A DNA stretch of 64,000 bases from Octopus sinensis (Eukaryota), in assembly GCF_006345805.1 (NCBI RefSeq), contig NC_043000.1, positions 105,090,001 through 105,154,000 on the forward strand, written 5' to 3'. A program made the position numbers and the translations under genes. The notes under the pieces are model-generated. The model worked only from the letters and a program-made list of their open reading frames with translations. It did no database searches and was not told where the DNA came from. Shown here piece after piece: positions 11,728 to 24,379 of this stretch. Every line of letters starts with the position of its first letter. Position 1 is the stretch's first letter.

Positions 11728-12650
11728 TGTCGATCAAGTAGTGTGGAGCGACTGACCTCCCTTGTTCGAAGGTTATATGGATACAGTTTGTGTATCAAAT
11801 AGCTAACTTAAGGCGATGGCCTCATGGAGCTAATAAGCGGACAGCTTTATTCTTATTTTTATAAGAATGCCATATTAGTATGGCGATAACTATTAATATC
11901 TAAAATATTAATATACGTCTAGCATTATATTAATATATGCTCTTGAAACAGCCGTGGATTAAATTATTGGTAGGTATAAGACTTATAATGTGCATATGAA
12001 TACGTGGAACGCCTTCACTGTTATATTTTCTCGCCAGGAAAATGTCTCAGAGACATGCATGTTAAAAACACAGGGTTTCGTTCAAAATGTCAATGGATCG
12101 CAACACACGGTGTTCGTTCAGATTTGGTCTCCCGGACTTTCTAAACAAAGCGGAAAATGTTTGTCTCAACATCGATGTCCGAAAAGAAAACGATCAACGT
12201 TGATATTGGGTTGAACACTAACGAAAACAACAGCCTGTCTTCAAATTTAAAACAGATCATCATTTGTCTATGTTGTCTTTATTAGACATTGCGATGCCTG
12301 ATTCATCAATTTTGTATGTAAGGTTCAGTTACTTTGAGCAAAAATTCATGAAGACTTTATCTATTATTTTTCCATGATTGGTTAATGTTTCATTCTACTT
12401 CTCTATATTTGGAAGAGTTTCATCTTAAGTGTTCCATGTCGTTGAACTACGGTTGTAAAAACAGTGTGTGTGTGTGTCTATGTCTGTCTGTTTGTGTGCG
12501 TGTAGGATAAATGAGACTAGAGGGATACAAATCTATGATCTCTTTTTGAGTTTTATTTATACTTTTCTTATAAACGTGCATATTTTGTAAATGCTCTTCT
12601 AAGCAGTTTCATATTTTTATTCAAGGCCTGATAATTCATTTCAATGTCAA

Positions 12651-12710
<60 letters not shown>

Positions 12711-12909
12711 CATTACTACTATTACTACTACTATTATTTTTTTTTTTATATATATTTATTTATTTGTATGTTTATTTATTATTTATTCGAGCGTTAATAG
12801 CCAGTTATTTAGATAGCCAACAATCAGTCTATCTTGCGAATGACTGATTTCTTTCTCTTTCTCCTTTTCCTTCTCATTCATTGATTCTCCCGGTCCCTAC
12901 CTCATCTTG

Positions 12910-12968
<59 letters not shown>

Positions 12969-13024
12969 TGTGTGTGTGTGTGTGTGCGTGTGTGTGTGTG
13001 TGTGCGTGTATTCATGTATATATG

Positions 13025-13093
<69 letters not shown>

Positions 13094-13192
13094 CACATAT
13101 GTATACATACATACATATACATATGTATATATACGTATGTATATGCACAAACATGCACATATATATCCATTTATACATAAATACATACGTAG

Positions 13193-13243
<51 letters not shown>

Positions 13244-13759
13244 CATCATTGACTATCCAGTTATTTATTCCCTATGCATGTAATAATCTATGGATCTATC
13301 TATAATGATTGGATGACGTGAAATCGATTTATATTTTCTCAAGATTCTTTCTCTCAAATTTCTCTGCCTCTTTATCTCTCTCCCCCTCTTTCTCTCTCGT
13401 TTTCTACCTCTCCATATACACACACTAACATACATACACACACGACGACAGACCAATTTTTATGGATGAATAAATGTACATCCCTTTATCCCTCATCCCC
13501 ACTCAGATTAACGCACGAACACACACACACGCACAATCACATAAGTATGCATGCATGTATAAGTATGCATGCATGTATACATACACACACACACACATAT
13601 CAATGTGTCCGTTTATCTTTCTGTGTCCATTCCGTTTAACAATCCTATCTATCGCTTTTCTAATACTTGCATATTTTGTGTATCATATATATATATTGCT
13701 TCATTGCAAATATTGACTGTTCATTTTTACCATTTTTTCTACTATATATATACATATAA

Positions 13760-13792
<33 letters not shown>

Positions 13793-13793
13793 C

Positions 13794-13827
<34 letters not shown>

Positions 13828-14239
13828 CTATATATATATATATATATATATATATAGATATATATAATTCAGTATGTGGCAAAGTAATTTATTTTACTAA
13901 GCCATAATTATATAATGTAATATTTTGAATTCGCCTTAAATGGTCCTTTACATACTGAACACTTGGTGAAATTGATTAATTAATTAATTTTACCCTCAAT
14001 TGTTGATATATATATATATAATCCAAATTGAGGGAATGGACAAGGTAAAATCCAATCCACACATGTTTCATAACTATCACAACCTTAGAAGTAATAATTA
14101 CTCAAGGAGTAACTAGTTACTCTTCAGGCCGAAGATTTCTTAATTAAATAAAGGTCACATTGTCATCAAGGTATCCCAAATTAATTCGCCGGAGATGTAA
14201 TCTAAAATTTTTGCATTACGATGTTTGAGCCATATCTGG

Positions 14240-14423
14240 CTCAAACACTGTGCCTGTTATATGTTCAAACCAGCCACATCCGGCTACCCCACAAGGTCAT
14301 TCTAAAAATAAAGGCAGTCACATCGAAATCCCGAAGCCACAAGATAATGCACAATCAATGCAAATACAATATGAATAGACAATCATTGTATATGACACAG
14401 TATTCTGAATACTAAAGGGTTAA
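14240..14423 (+). mobile_element. Right-end fragment of a probable piggyBac-type MITE
   Basis: Ends ...ctgaatactaaAGGG|TTAA, the piggyBac-like terminus and target site. Left end not found. Confidence 0.4.
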
Positions 14424-14869
14424 AAAATATGTTTCGGTATTAAGGGACAAATTATCAAACAAATCGAGAACTAAAAAGAAAATGGACGACCGACGAGTTC
14501 ACTGACGTTAGTTGTCAATCAAATATCACCAGTATCTCGACCCCTTTCTGACAATAGTTTTTAATTTGGTTTTGTCAAGCTGTTAAGGTGTGTGTACAAC
14601 TTGGTGGAGAAACCAACTGCATATATAAAGAAGAGGGTGAAGAGGGAGAACAAAAAAAAGGACGACTGTCCAGTTCATCGATCAGTTTGAGAAAGCATTT
14701 GTTAGAGAAGAACCAGAAAGTGGGAAGCGGTGTTGCTGTGATGCCTTGTTCGAGTGAAGATAAAGAAATAGTAACAGGTGAGTGGAGAGAAAGAGCGAGG
14801 ATGACAAAAGTGATAGGGAGAACGATCTATCACAGAGAATTTCAAAACAACAAAGAAACGGCGCTGACT

Positions 14870-15170
14870 GGAAGATCCAGAGCATAGTGACATTTTTTAC
14901 CTTCAACGACAGGTAAAAATAGTGTTTATACCTGTAAGCAGGAGTGCTAATTTTGTAGTGTATATATATTTTCCAATGTAAATACTGTCCTGTCCTAAAG
15001 TGGCGATTTTTGTATTTGTTTGGTGTCAGCACAGGATAACCCGAGACGAGATGGGCTATTGTTTCGTCAAATGTGTCACAGAATCTGCATTTAGGGTCAG
15101 AACCGTTTTGAAGAACGTTAGCCTGGTAGTTTTTGGTAAGCAGGCTTTGATGTTGTGCCACCAATATGAA
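14870..15170 (-). mobile_element. R4/Dong-like RLE non-LTR retrotransposon fragment (CCHC knuckle into endonuclease)
   Basis: ORF 14682-15164 reads AQHQSLLTKNYQANVLQNGSDPKCRFCDTFDETIAHLVSGYP...RHFRTGQYLHWKI...NVTMLW: CxxC-x7-H-x4-C knuckle (last C decayed), RH(D) motif and LW(D). (TAA)n lies immediately 5'. Confidence 0.8.
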
Positions 15171-15176
15171 ATTTTA

Positions 15177-15237
<61 letters not shown>

Positions 15238-16260
15238 GTCGACTAGCTGACAGAATCGCTAGCACGCCGGACAAAATTCTTAGCGGCATTTCTTCCGCTA
15301 AGGAACGCTGGCATCAAACCAAAATTGAAAAAACTTATTAGAATTCAGAAGCAGACAAATTTCCATATGTATCACACAGTTAGCTTCATTCTTACACCTG
15401 GCTATTTCATGTGCTAAAGTCGGATGATTCTGCATGTCAACATCCCGAGTTCGATTTAAAAGAAAAAGTAAAAGAAAAAGTAGAAATAATATACCGGAGA
15501 ATGATTACATCGACTTTACCTCCATCTTTCCTCAGCTATCTAACGCTACCACCCCCTACTACTTTATCTACAAATGTGTAGCCGTGTTTCAAAATGAAAA
15601 TTCAAAGTTGTCGTCATCTTTGTAACGGTCTAACAAGAGAGTCTCTACGAGCTCAGCAAAGGCCTGTTAAAAATAGGAGCCAAATATCTCCCTTAAATTG
15701 TACACTATCGTCGTGAAAAAATAGCTTGAGAGGGAGAGAGACATATTGAATAATGTAGTCCTAGGTATTCACTAACCAAGAAAATGAAAGAATTGTCATG
15801 GCAGGAAAGCTTTGATCGTGTCTTCCTCAGTTAGAGCTGACCTGGGTATAAACAACAACAGCAACACCATCTTCTCATCGTTATCAACTCCATCGTCATC
15901 ATACCATCCTGCTAAAAAATCTTCTTCTACACCTCCCTCACTTAGTGAACATCTGAAGATATCGTCATTATTCTGACATTAAAGATACTTTAACTAGGCC
16001 AATTGAAGCAGCCAACAGCTTATTATCGCGATTGCTTTTGATCTTCTCTCTCCTCCACCTGCATCCCAACTTTTAATACATTTTATTTATATTATTTTAT
16101 CTTTATACTCTTCATCTCGAGTGTTTTCAGTCCTTCATCTGATATTATGTTTTTTCGTCAATCTTATATATATAATATATATATATCTATATAATTGTGT
16201 GTGTGTGTTGTGTGTGGTGTGTGTGCATATATGTATGTATATACATATATACTTACGTAT

Positions 16261-16291
<31 letters not shown>

Positions 16292-16318
16292 TGTATGTAT
16301 GTATAATATGTGTTGAGA

Positions 16319-16367
<49 letters not shown>

Positions 16368-16813
16368 TATAAACAGATATATGTATGTATATATAATAAT
16401 ATATATATATATATGCATGTATGTATGTTTGTATATATGTATGTATGGATGGATGCATGTATATGATACACAATTTTCGCGTTTTCGCGGCACTTCACTC
16501 AAAATATTCACGGTCGATTGATCTATTCTGTTTCCATGGATACTTGGTAGAGGGGGGGGGAATCAAAATAGAAAACAATCACACCCTCTGTAAGACTCTC
16601 CTAGATTCTAAATTTTGTTAAGTAAGAATCTTTGTAAATGTAAATCGAAGTTAATGAGATGTATGGCCATTCACAAAAGGTACCTTGAATCTGGAATTAT
16701 ATTGCCGTAATAGCTACACAAAATAAAAGTGAAAACGAATTTACACAAGCATATATATGTGTTATAACTGATTCGGCTTACACGCACACATATGTATACA
16801 TATACACATACAT

Positions 16814-16922
<109 letters not shown>

Positions 16923-17760
16923 TACATAAATACATATATACATATATATATATACTACACACATATATATATATATACATACATGCACGCGCGCGCGCAG
17001 AAAGACCGGCAGAGAAGCAGAGACATTAAGAAAGATTTGAGCAGACGAATTAATCTACACATGTTCCCTTGATATGCCAGAAATATCAGCTAAATTCTTC
17101 AAATTACACACTCCTCTCTAACGCAAAGAAAAAGAAATGGAATTGACATATAGCTATGGTTTCAAAAAGCTTCTGAGTGACAATGAAATATATAGAGTTG
17201 CCTATCTTGGATCATCAATCGTCATGTTAACTCTCTCTTCAAAATGGTATACCTTAACAATCTAGGAGCAGGAAACAAACAATCAAATATCGGATTAACA
17301 AAAGGGTTTAATTAGTTACCACATCTAGTGATTATTTAGTCGTATTGACCAAATACTATAAAAAGATGTCCGAAAATGATATTAGTCTTGTATATCTATG
17401 AAACATAATGTTGATATCAATACAGCATAAGATATAACCTGTAAAAAAGATCTGCATATCAGACGCTACGCTGACATAGAATGCATTCTCAGCCATACTA
17501 TGGAAGAATGGTGGAATGAAAGAATGGTGGAATGTTCCTGCGAAAAAAAAGTGTAAGATGTAGTTATAATAGACCAGACATCTTTATCTGCGACATAAAC
17601 AAGAAATTGTGAAGAGTTGAAGAAATCGTTTATCCATTAGATATTAAATTAATGTTAAAGACAAAAGAAAAAGAAAAGCATCTGAATGATCAAATAAGAA
17701 TTTTGCTGATACAGCATAACTATATAATTTTGGATATATAACTTTAAATACAATGTTATT

Positions 17761-18099
17761 ACCAGTTCAAATATGCTTGTGGCGCGTTCGAACCCGTAAG
17801 AAAGTCATTCACTCTGTTTTGTCATGCAAAAACGTTTTCGGTGTAGACAAATTGTGTAAATACACCTAAATCAATTCGCAACGCCACCTACCTAGCATTT
17901 CGGAATAGCTTTCGCCTCTTCAGTCACAGAAACTTATGCTATTCCAGTCATCGTAGCGCCAATAGGAGGCTCACCCTAGACAGATTTCGGTGTGGGAGCG
18001 CTGGACAGTGATGTGTATAAATAGAATGTGATCACCAGTTCAAATATGCTTGTGACACGTTCGAACCTGTAAGCAAGCCATTCACTGTGTTTCGTCATG
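17761..18099. repeat. 66-bp diverged direct repeat, period 273 bp, enclosing a degenerate minus-strand hammerhead core
   Basis: accagttcaaatatgcttgtg.c.cgttcgaacc.gtaag.aag.cattcact.tgttt.gtcatg at 17761-17826 and 18034-18099; minus strand 17891-17929 reads CTGAAGA-GG...CC-GAAATGCTA. Confidence 0.7.
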
Positions 18100-18359
18100 G
18101 AGTGAATAACATTGCATCTATACACATTACGGCTTAGCGTTCCCACTTCGTAATATAACTTTACATTATTTAGGCACTTGGTTATGGAACTAACCACCTT
18201 TCTATCAATCTTGAGAAACTAGATTTTACAATACACGCAAGGGGAAAATAATTAATACGAGTCATTAATAGAACTTTAAAATATGTAAAACATTACAAAA
18301 AAGTTAGCCTGTAGAATATCCACATGCACACATATAGATATACAAAGCACATACAAACA

Positions 18360-18430
<71 letters not shown>

Positions 18431-18456
18431 CATATGCATGTACACATACATAAGTC

Positions 18457-18564
<108 letters not shown>

Positions 18565-18565
18565 T

Positions 18566-18646
<81 letters not shown>

Positions 18647-20365
18647 CTGCACACTATTATATGCACATAAATGACAAATATACATATATACACACATACA
18701 TATTTAAATGCATACATATACATATATAAGAATAGCTAGTTGATTTTTACATTCTATTGACAAAACTTCGTTTCTGTGTTTGAAACGGCGTTTTCTTGTC
18801 AAGAAATTTGAAAAGTAAAACCGGTCAAACACATATACACACACAAATACATACGTTCATACATGCATACACACACACGTTCGTACAATACTTTCCGTGT
18901 AACTTTTTCAATCACTTACATAGATGCATACAAATCTAAAATGTCTCACACATAAGTGTATGCGGATTTGTATATAAACTGTATATATATATTCACTTAC
19001 TTCCATTCATAAATTCAGGCATACATACACACACAAATGCACATGTGTGTACATACATACACATATATAACCAGTATTTTAACCCATTCGAACATGAAGG
19101 TAAGTTACTGATTGCCGTGGGCGACATGTCAATAGATTTTATCAGTGGTGTAAGTAAAGATAAGTTGAGAAGATAGAACTGGAAATGAGAGGAAGCGATA
19201 AGAGTGAGATAGAGAGGTAGAAAAAAAATACACGATGTAGAGGAAGGGTATAGATGGGTAAAAGGAGTGTTAGTAATTATTACACACGGGGATAAGCAGA
19301 AGGGTTAGAAAGGTATATGAGAGATAGAAAGAGTGAGAGGGGAAAGAGAGAGAGAGAGAGAGCGACAGAGATAGAGACAAACACAGAGAAAGAGAAAGAG
19401 AGTGTGTGTGTGAGAGAGCGAAATGATAGCATAAACGTGCTTCTATGTAACTATATAGTCGCCGTGCTTTGGTTGACGGCAATGCCTTCGGCACTGGAAA
19501 GGCCGTGCACATCATGACTCGACCCTCAAATGTTATTTGGCATAACTTTACAGCGAAATGCCTAATTTAGAAATGATGATGATGATGATGATGATGTGGA
19601 TGATGATATGGATGATAATGGTGATGAAGATAATGACGACGACGACGAAGACGGCAACATCTTTGATGCGTGTCATCAAAGATAATAACAGCGGGTGTTA
19701 TATGTAAGTTCTTAGCGAACTGTTGTAGACTTCAACTTATTCATTTATCTATTTATTCTGTACAGGTTTAAAGCAAAGAACGAGACATGGTAACTTTCAT
19801 TCATTCTCCAGAAAAGTTACTGCCCTGCCTAACCGAAACAGTTAATCTAATCCTCCCTTCCGTAATATCTCAAAAATAAGCTACAATAAAAATCAATTTT
19901 TAAAACCACCCTCAATGCAACATGTGCAATAAAACTGAAATTATTATTTAAATCAAAATTTTCTTTTTTCAAGCGCCGCATCTCCCACCGTGTATTCATA
20001 ATTACTATCCACTCTCTCCCGCTATCTATCTCACTCTTATCACCTTCTCTCTCTCTCCCATTCTGTACTTTCCTCTTATTTTTACTTATTCCATGATAAA
20101 ATTATTAGTGTTGCCCAAAACAATTAATGACTTACTTTCATGGTCTATCGGAATAAAGTGTTGCTTTTTAAGTGTATCATTACATGTATCTAAGCATGCA
20201 TGTATGCACGATGTATAAATACTCATACACAAATGTGTATTTATGTATGTATGCATAATATATATATTTAATTTTATATATTATTGCGCATAACGACATT
20301 CATGCACGTAAGTATTAATATATATATTTATATATATACATACATATACAATAAATATTTACGTG

Positions 20366-20397
<32 letters not shown>

Positions 20398-20424
20398 TAT
20401 ATATATATATATATTATATATATA

Positions 20425-20748
20425 AAATATTATTAGAGACAAAACCACTATGTTGCAAAACAAACAAGGAAAGACTTAATCAATACATAAAATTTTAATA
20501 AAAGTCAAAAAAAACGCCACACAATCGTTCTTGTCTTGATCGACAATCTTCAGGTGGACTTCCAATAATACAGTGTCAAATTATGACACTGTATTAATAT
20601 TATTAATGTTGTATATGGAAGTCCACCTGAAGATTGTCGATCAAGACAAGAAACGATGTAGTGGCGGTTTTTTGATATTATTAAAATTTATGTATGATTA
20701 ATTCCTTGTTGTTTTGCAAAATAGTGGTTTGTGTCTAATAATATTTAT
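20425..20748. mobile_element. TA-flanked fold-back element (~140-bp imperfect arms) carrying a hammerhead motif
   Basis: 20425-20563 is the reverse complement of 20616-20748; the spacer has its own 12-bp hairpin (aatacagtgtca/tgacactgtatt). Confidence 0.8.
20623..20664 (+). ncRNA. Minimal type I hammerhead motif with canonical CUGAAGA/GAAA core
   Basis: CCAC-CTGAAGA-TTGTC-GATCAA-GACAA-GAA-AC-GAT-GT-A-GTGG: 4-bp stem I, 5-bp stem II (U10.1-A11.1), 2-bp helix III, GUA triplet. Confidence 0.6.
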
Positions 20749-20828
20749 AATATTTTACTATAAAATTGATTTAATCCTAAATCTGATTTTTTCCCTGTAA
20801 ATTTGGATTTATCCCTAATATTTATTAT

Positions 20829-20876
<48 letters not shown>

Positions 20877-21505
20877 TGTGTATATATATATACACATACA
20901 TACATGCAGTTTATGAAGTATTCATTTTCATATAAATTTTAGACTTTAATATATGCATTCACATGCCCACGCACATACGTACACACACACACTCACACAC
21001 ATTCATACATGTATGATCGTATTACAGTATGTTTCGTCTCTGTAATCTCCGAGTTCAAATACAGCCTCGGTATATATATATAAAAGAAAAGAAACGGTTC
21101 GATCAATAAAGCACCATTCGAAGGTAATGGTTTGCTTGAATTATTAATGTTGTCCTTTGTCATTTGAACTCAGAATGTAAAGAGCTTTCATAGAGGTCTG
21201 AAGGTATCTCTACCAACGAACGCTGTAACGCAGTAGTTAAGCGAGTCCTTCGAGACTCGGCTAACGCTGATAAGACTCCAATGTCAGAATGAGCTATGTG
21301 TCGATTAGGGTAATGCATCAGTCGTATTAATAAACAAGTGGACTCCGCATAATGCGGAATAAACTCTAGGACAGAAAAACACGTTTTTTATTCAAACAAA
21401 TCATCACCACTATTTGTCTCGACCTTCCTTGTTCTTAGTTTTGTAATATGTATGTACATACTCTAAAGAAATTAACAAAACTACATTATTAACGTGTAGA
21501 ATATA

Positions 21506-21750
21506 TATTTCTTTACTACACACAAGGGGCTAAACACAGAGGAGACAAACAAGGACAGACAAACGGATTAAGTCGATTACATCGACCCAAGTGCGTAACT
21601 GGTACTTAATTTATCGACCCCGGAAGGATGAAAGGCAAAGTCGACCTCGGCGGAATTTGAACTCGGAACGTAACGGCAGACGAAATACGGCAACGCATTT
21701 CGCCCGGCGTGCTAACGTTTCTGCCAGCTCGCCGCCTTCTGCCAGCTCGC
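21506..21750 (-). mobile_element. Young full-length SINE family A with 13-bp target-site duplication
   Basis: TSD cgtgtagaatata at 21493-21505 and 21751-21763; head sequence ctgccagctcgc is duplicated (21721-21732 and 21739-21750). Confidence 0.92.
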
Positions 21751-22185
21751 CGTGTAGAATATAGTCGACCTCAACATATTATTGGTACATTTTCATTGAC
21801 ATTTCACAAGATATGAAAGAAACATTTGCAAAATTTAAGATTGTCAGGATTCACAATATTTGATGGCCTACTTGTCATGACCTGGCTTCCACATGGTCGC
21901 TTTGCCTGCTAGAAATAACATCCGAATCAACCTTAAATCATATTCTACCATTAAAAGAAAAGAACATATCGGATACTGTATTTTAGAATAAAATTTTTAA
22001 AATCAAATGAGTCAATAACTGCCATCCTCCTCTCCAGATTAAAATATAAAGAAGAACAAAAGACATTTTGTTCCTCTCTACCAACACTGCACTCTGTTTT
22101 ATATTACTTCTGTAGTCCAGTACTGCCCATCCGACAATTCGCTGACAGTTCCAGTGGCAGTTAAGTTTTAATATAAGAAAAGTTT

Positions 22186-22617
22186 AAGGCGGCGAGCTGG
22201 CAGAATCGTTAGCACGCCGGGCGAAATGCTTAGCGGTATTTCGTCTGCCGTTACGTTCTGAGTTCAAATTCCACCGAGATCGACTTTACCTTTCAACCTT
22301 TCGGGGTCGATAAATTAAGTACCAGTTACGAAATGAGGTCAATATAATCGACTTAATCCGTTTGTCTGTCCTTGTTTGTCCCCACTGTGTGTAGCCCCTT
22401 GTGGGCAATAAAGAAATAAGAAACGTTAGCACTCCGGGCGAAATGCTTAACGGTACTTCGTCTGTGTTTACGTTTTGAGTTCAAATTCCACCCAGGTCGA
22501 CTTTGCCTTTCATCCTTTCGGGGTCGATAAATTAAGTACTGGTTGCGTACTGGGGTCGATCTAATCGACAGGCCTCCTCCTCCAAAATTTCGGGCCTTGT
22601 GCCTAGAGTAGAAAAGA
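22186..22617 (+). mobile_element. Dimer of two family A SINEs with different tails
   Basis: Monomer 1 spans 22186-22420 (aaggcggcgagctggcagaatcgttagc...); monomer 2 spans 22421-22617 (5'-truncated). Flanks atataagaaaagttt (22171-22185) and atataagaagagttt (22618-22632). Confidence 0.9.
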
Positions 22618-23493
22618 ATATAAGAAGAGTTTTCTAGCCCCTTGCTCAATATTCTCCGCTGCTGGAGAAAGAAACATAGTGCTACTCCACGACGCTTCTC
22701 ACAGCGCAAAACAGCTGATTCTAAGAGAGAGAGAGAGAAATAGACAGACAGAGACAGAGAGAGAGAAGCAGAGAGAGAGGGAAAGAGGGAAGTACTAGAA
22801 TTTACTCCAGTTAAAAAGAACTGGCATTTGGTTTATAAATCCTTGAAACAAGATGGGAGATTTGAACTCGGAGCGGAGAGAACGGGAACAAATACTGTAA
22901 ATTATTGTATACGACACTAACTAGTCTCATAACTAACGCCAACGTTGTGCCCAAGTATATTTCTAAAGAAACATTTCAATAATAATTGTTTCCGATTTAG
23001 GTGCAAAACCAGCCATTTTGATGGGAGGAATTTGTCAATTACATCGCCACCAGTTCTGGACTGGTACTTTATTCTCTTGACCTTAAAATTTGACCTCGAT
23101 GGGATTTGAACTCAAAATGTAAAGAATAAAGAGCAGGAACAAACGTTGCAAGCATTTTTTTCAAACGATTCTACCAGTTGATCGATTACTATTAACTATA
23201 TATAGCTAATGACAAAAATAAAGCAAAGTTGGTTGTCATTTAGATGTATTGAACCGTAATACATGTGCGTTTTCTGTATAACCAGAGTTGTGTGTGAGTA
23301 TCTGTGCACATCTATGTATGCAGTGTTTAATGTGTGTGTGAGCGCCTGTGTACGTATATATATATATATGCCGAAATTACTACGATGATCCGGTTCTTGA
23401 CTGAAGACTGAGGGGTTCGAATGTCCTGTCCATGTTTATTGTATCGTCTTCTATGAGTTATACGTTCTTGTCCATGTATTTTTCTACATACCT

Positions 23494-23528
<35 letters not shown>

Positions 23529-23954
23529 TGGCTGGGTGATTCGATGGATGTATGCTTTCATGTGCGTATGTGTGAACGTAATCTGCCCTTCTTTCTGTTC
23601 CATTTCGTTCTTTATCTGTGCCCGCTGTACTCGCTTTCTCTTTGCCCTCGCCTTCTTCCTCGACCTCTTCCTTTCACAGAGTCGCACGCGCGCGCGCAAA
23701 ACCTCATTCACTCTTTCTCTCTAAATCTCTATCTGTCACTGTGCCTCTCCAGGAAATCTGCTATTCCTTGCTATCTTGATTACCATTAACCAAAATAATG
23801 CCATTTCGGAGACTGATTTTCGTCCGGACGAGTTTCCATTAATTTTGGAATTAAACCTTCATTTGGTTTGAAAACAAAAGGTTAATTATACTTCAATATT
23901 TAACGGGCCCATCACTTTCACAATATGCTATGATTATTATTATTATCATTATTA

Positions 23955-24003
<49 letters not shown>

Positions 24004-24010
24004 GTTATTA

Positions 24011-24045
<35 letters not shown>

Positions 24046-24052
24046 GTTATTA

Positions 24053-24139
<87 letters not shown>

Positions 24140-24379
24140 GTTCATCACCATTGTCGTTATCGTCGTTGTTGTTGTTGATAGTGGCGGCGGCGGTGTTGGT
24201 TCCACTGCTATTGTTGTTATTAATGATGTTATCGTCGTCGTCGTCGTCGTCATCACCGTCGCCGTCGCCGCTATTCTGATAGTATAAATAATGCTATTAT
24301 ATTGAATTGATTGTATTATAACGTTGCTTTTGTTGGTTGTTTTTGTTGAACATCATTATTTTTAGATGAAATAAATTTC

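Larger units (their letters stand above)
10597..11895 (+). mobile_element. Head-to-tail array (~2.8 units of ~345 bp), each with a hammerhead fold; candidate non-LTR retrozyme or Penelope-derived element
   Basis: The landmark GAAACGCGTC recurs at 10688, 11030 and 11712 (period 342; the second interval is lengthened by a SINE). Each unit also has an enclosing inverted repeat aaccttcgaaca...tgttcgaaggtt. Confidence 0.75.

Noticed and set aside
19070-19105. Consensus donor AAG|GTAAGT
   Set aside because: No polypyrimidine acceptor upstream; expected by chance.
23391-23430. CTGAAGA...GAATGTC hammerhead-like remnant
   Set aside because: No stem II pairing and the GAAA is incomplete.
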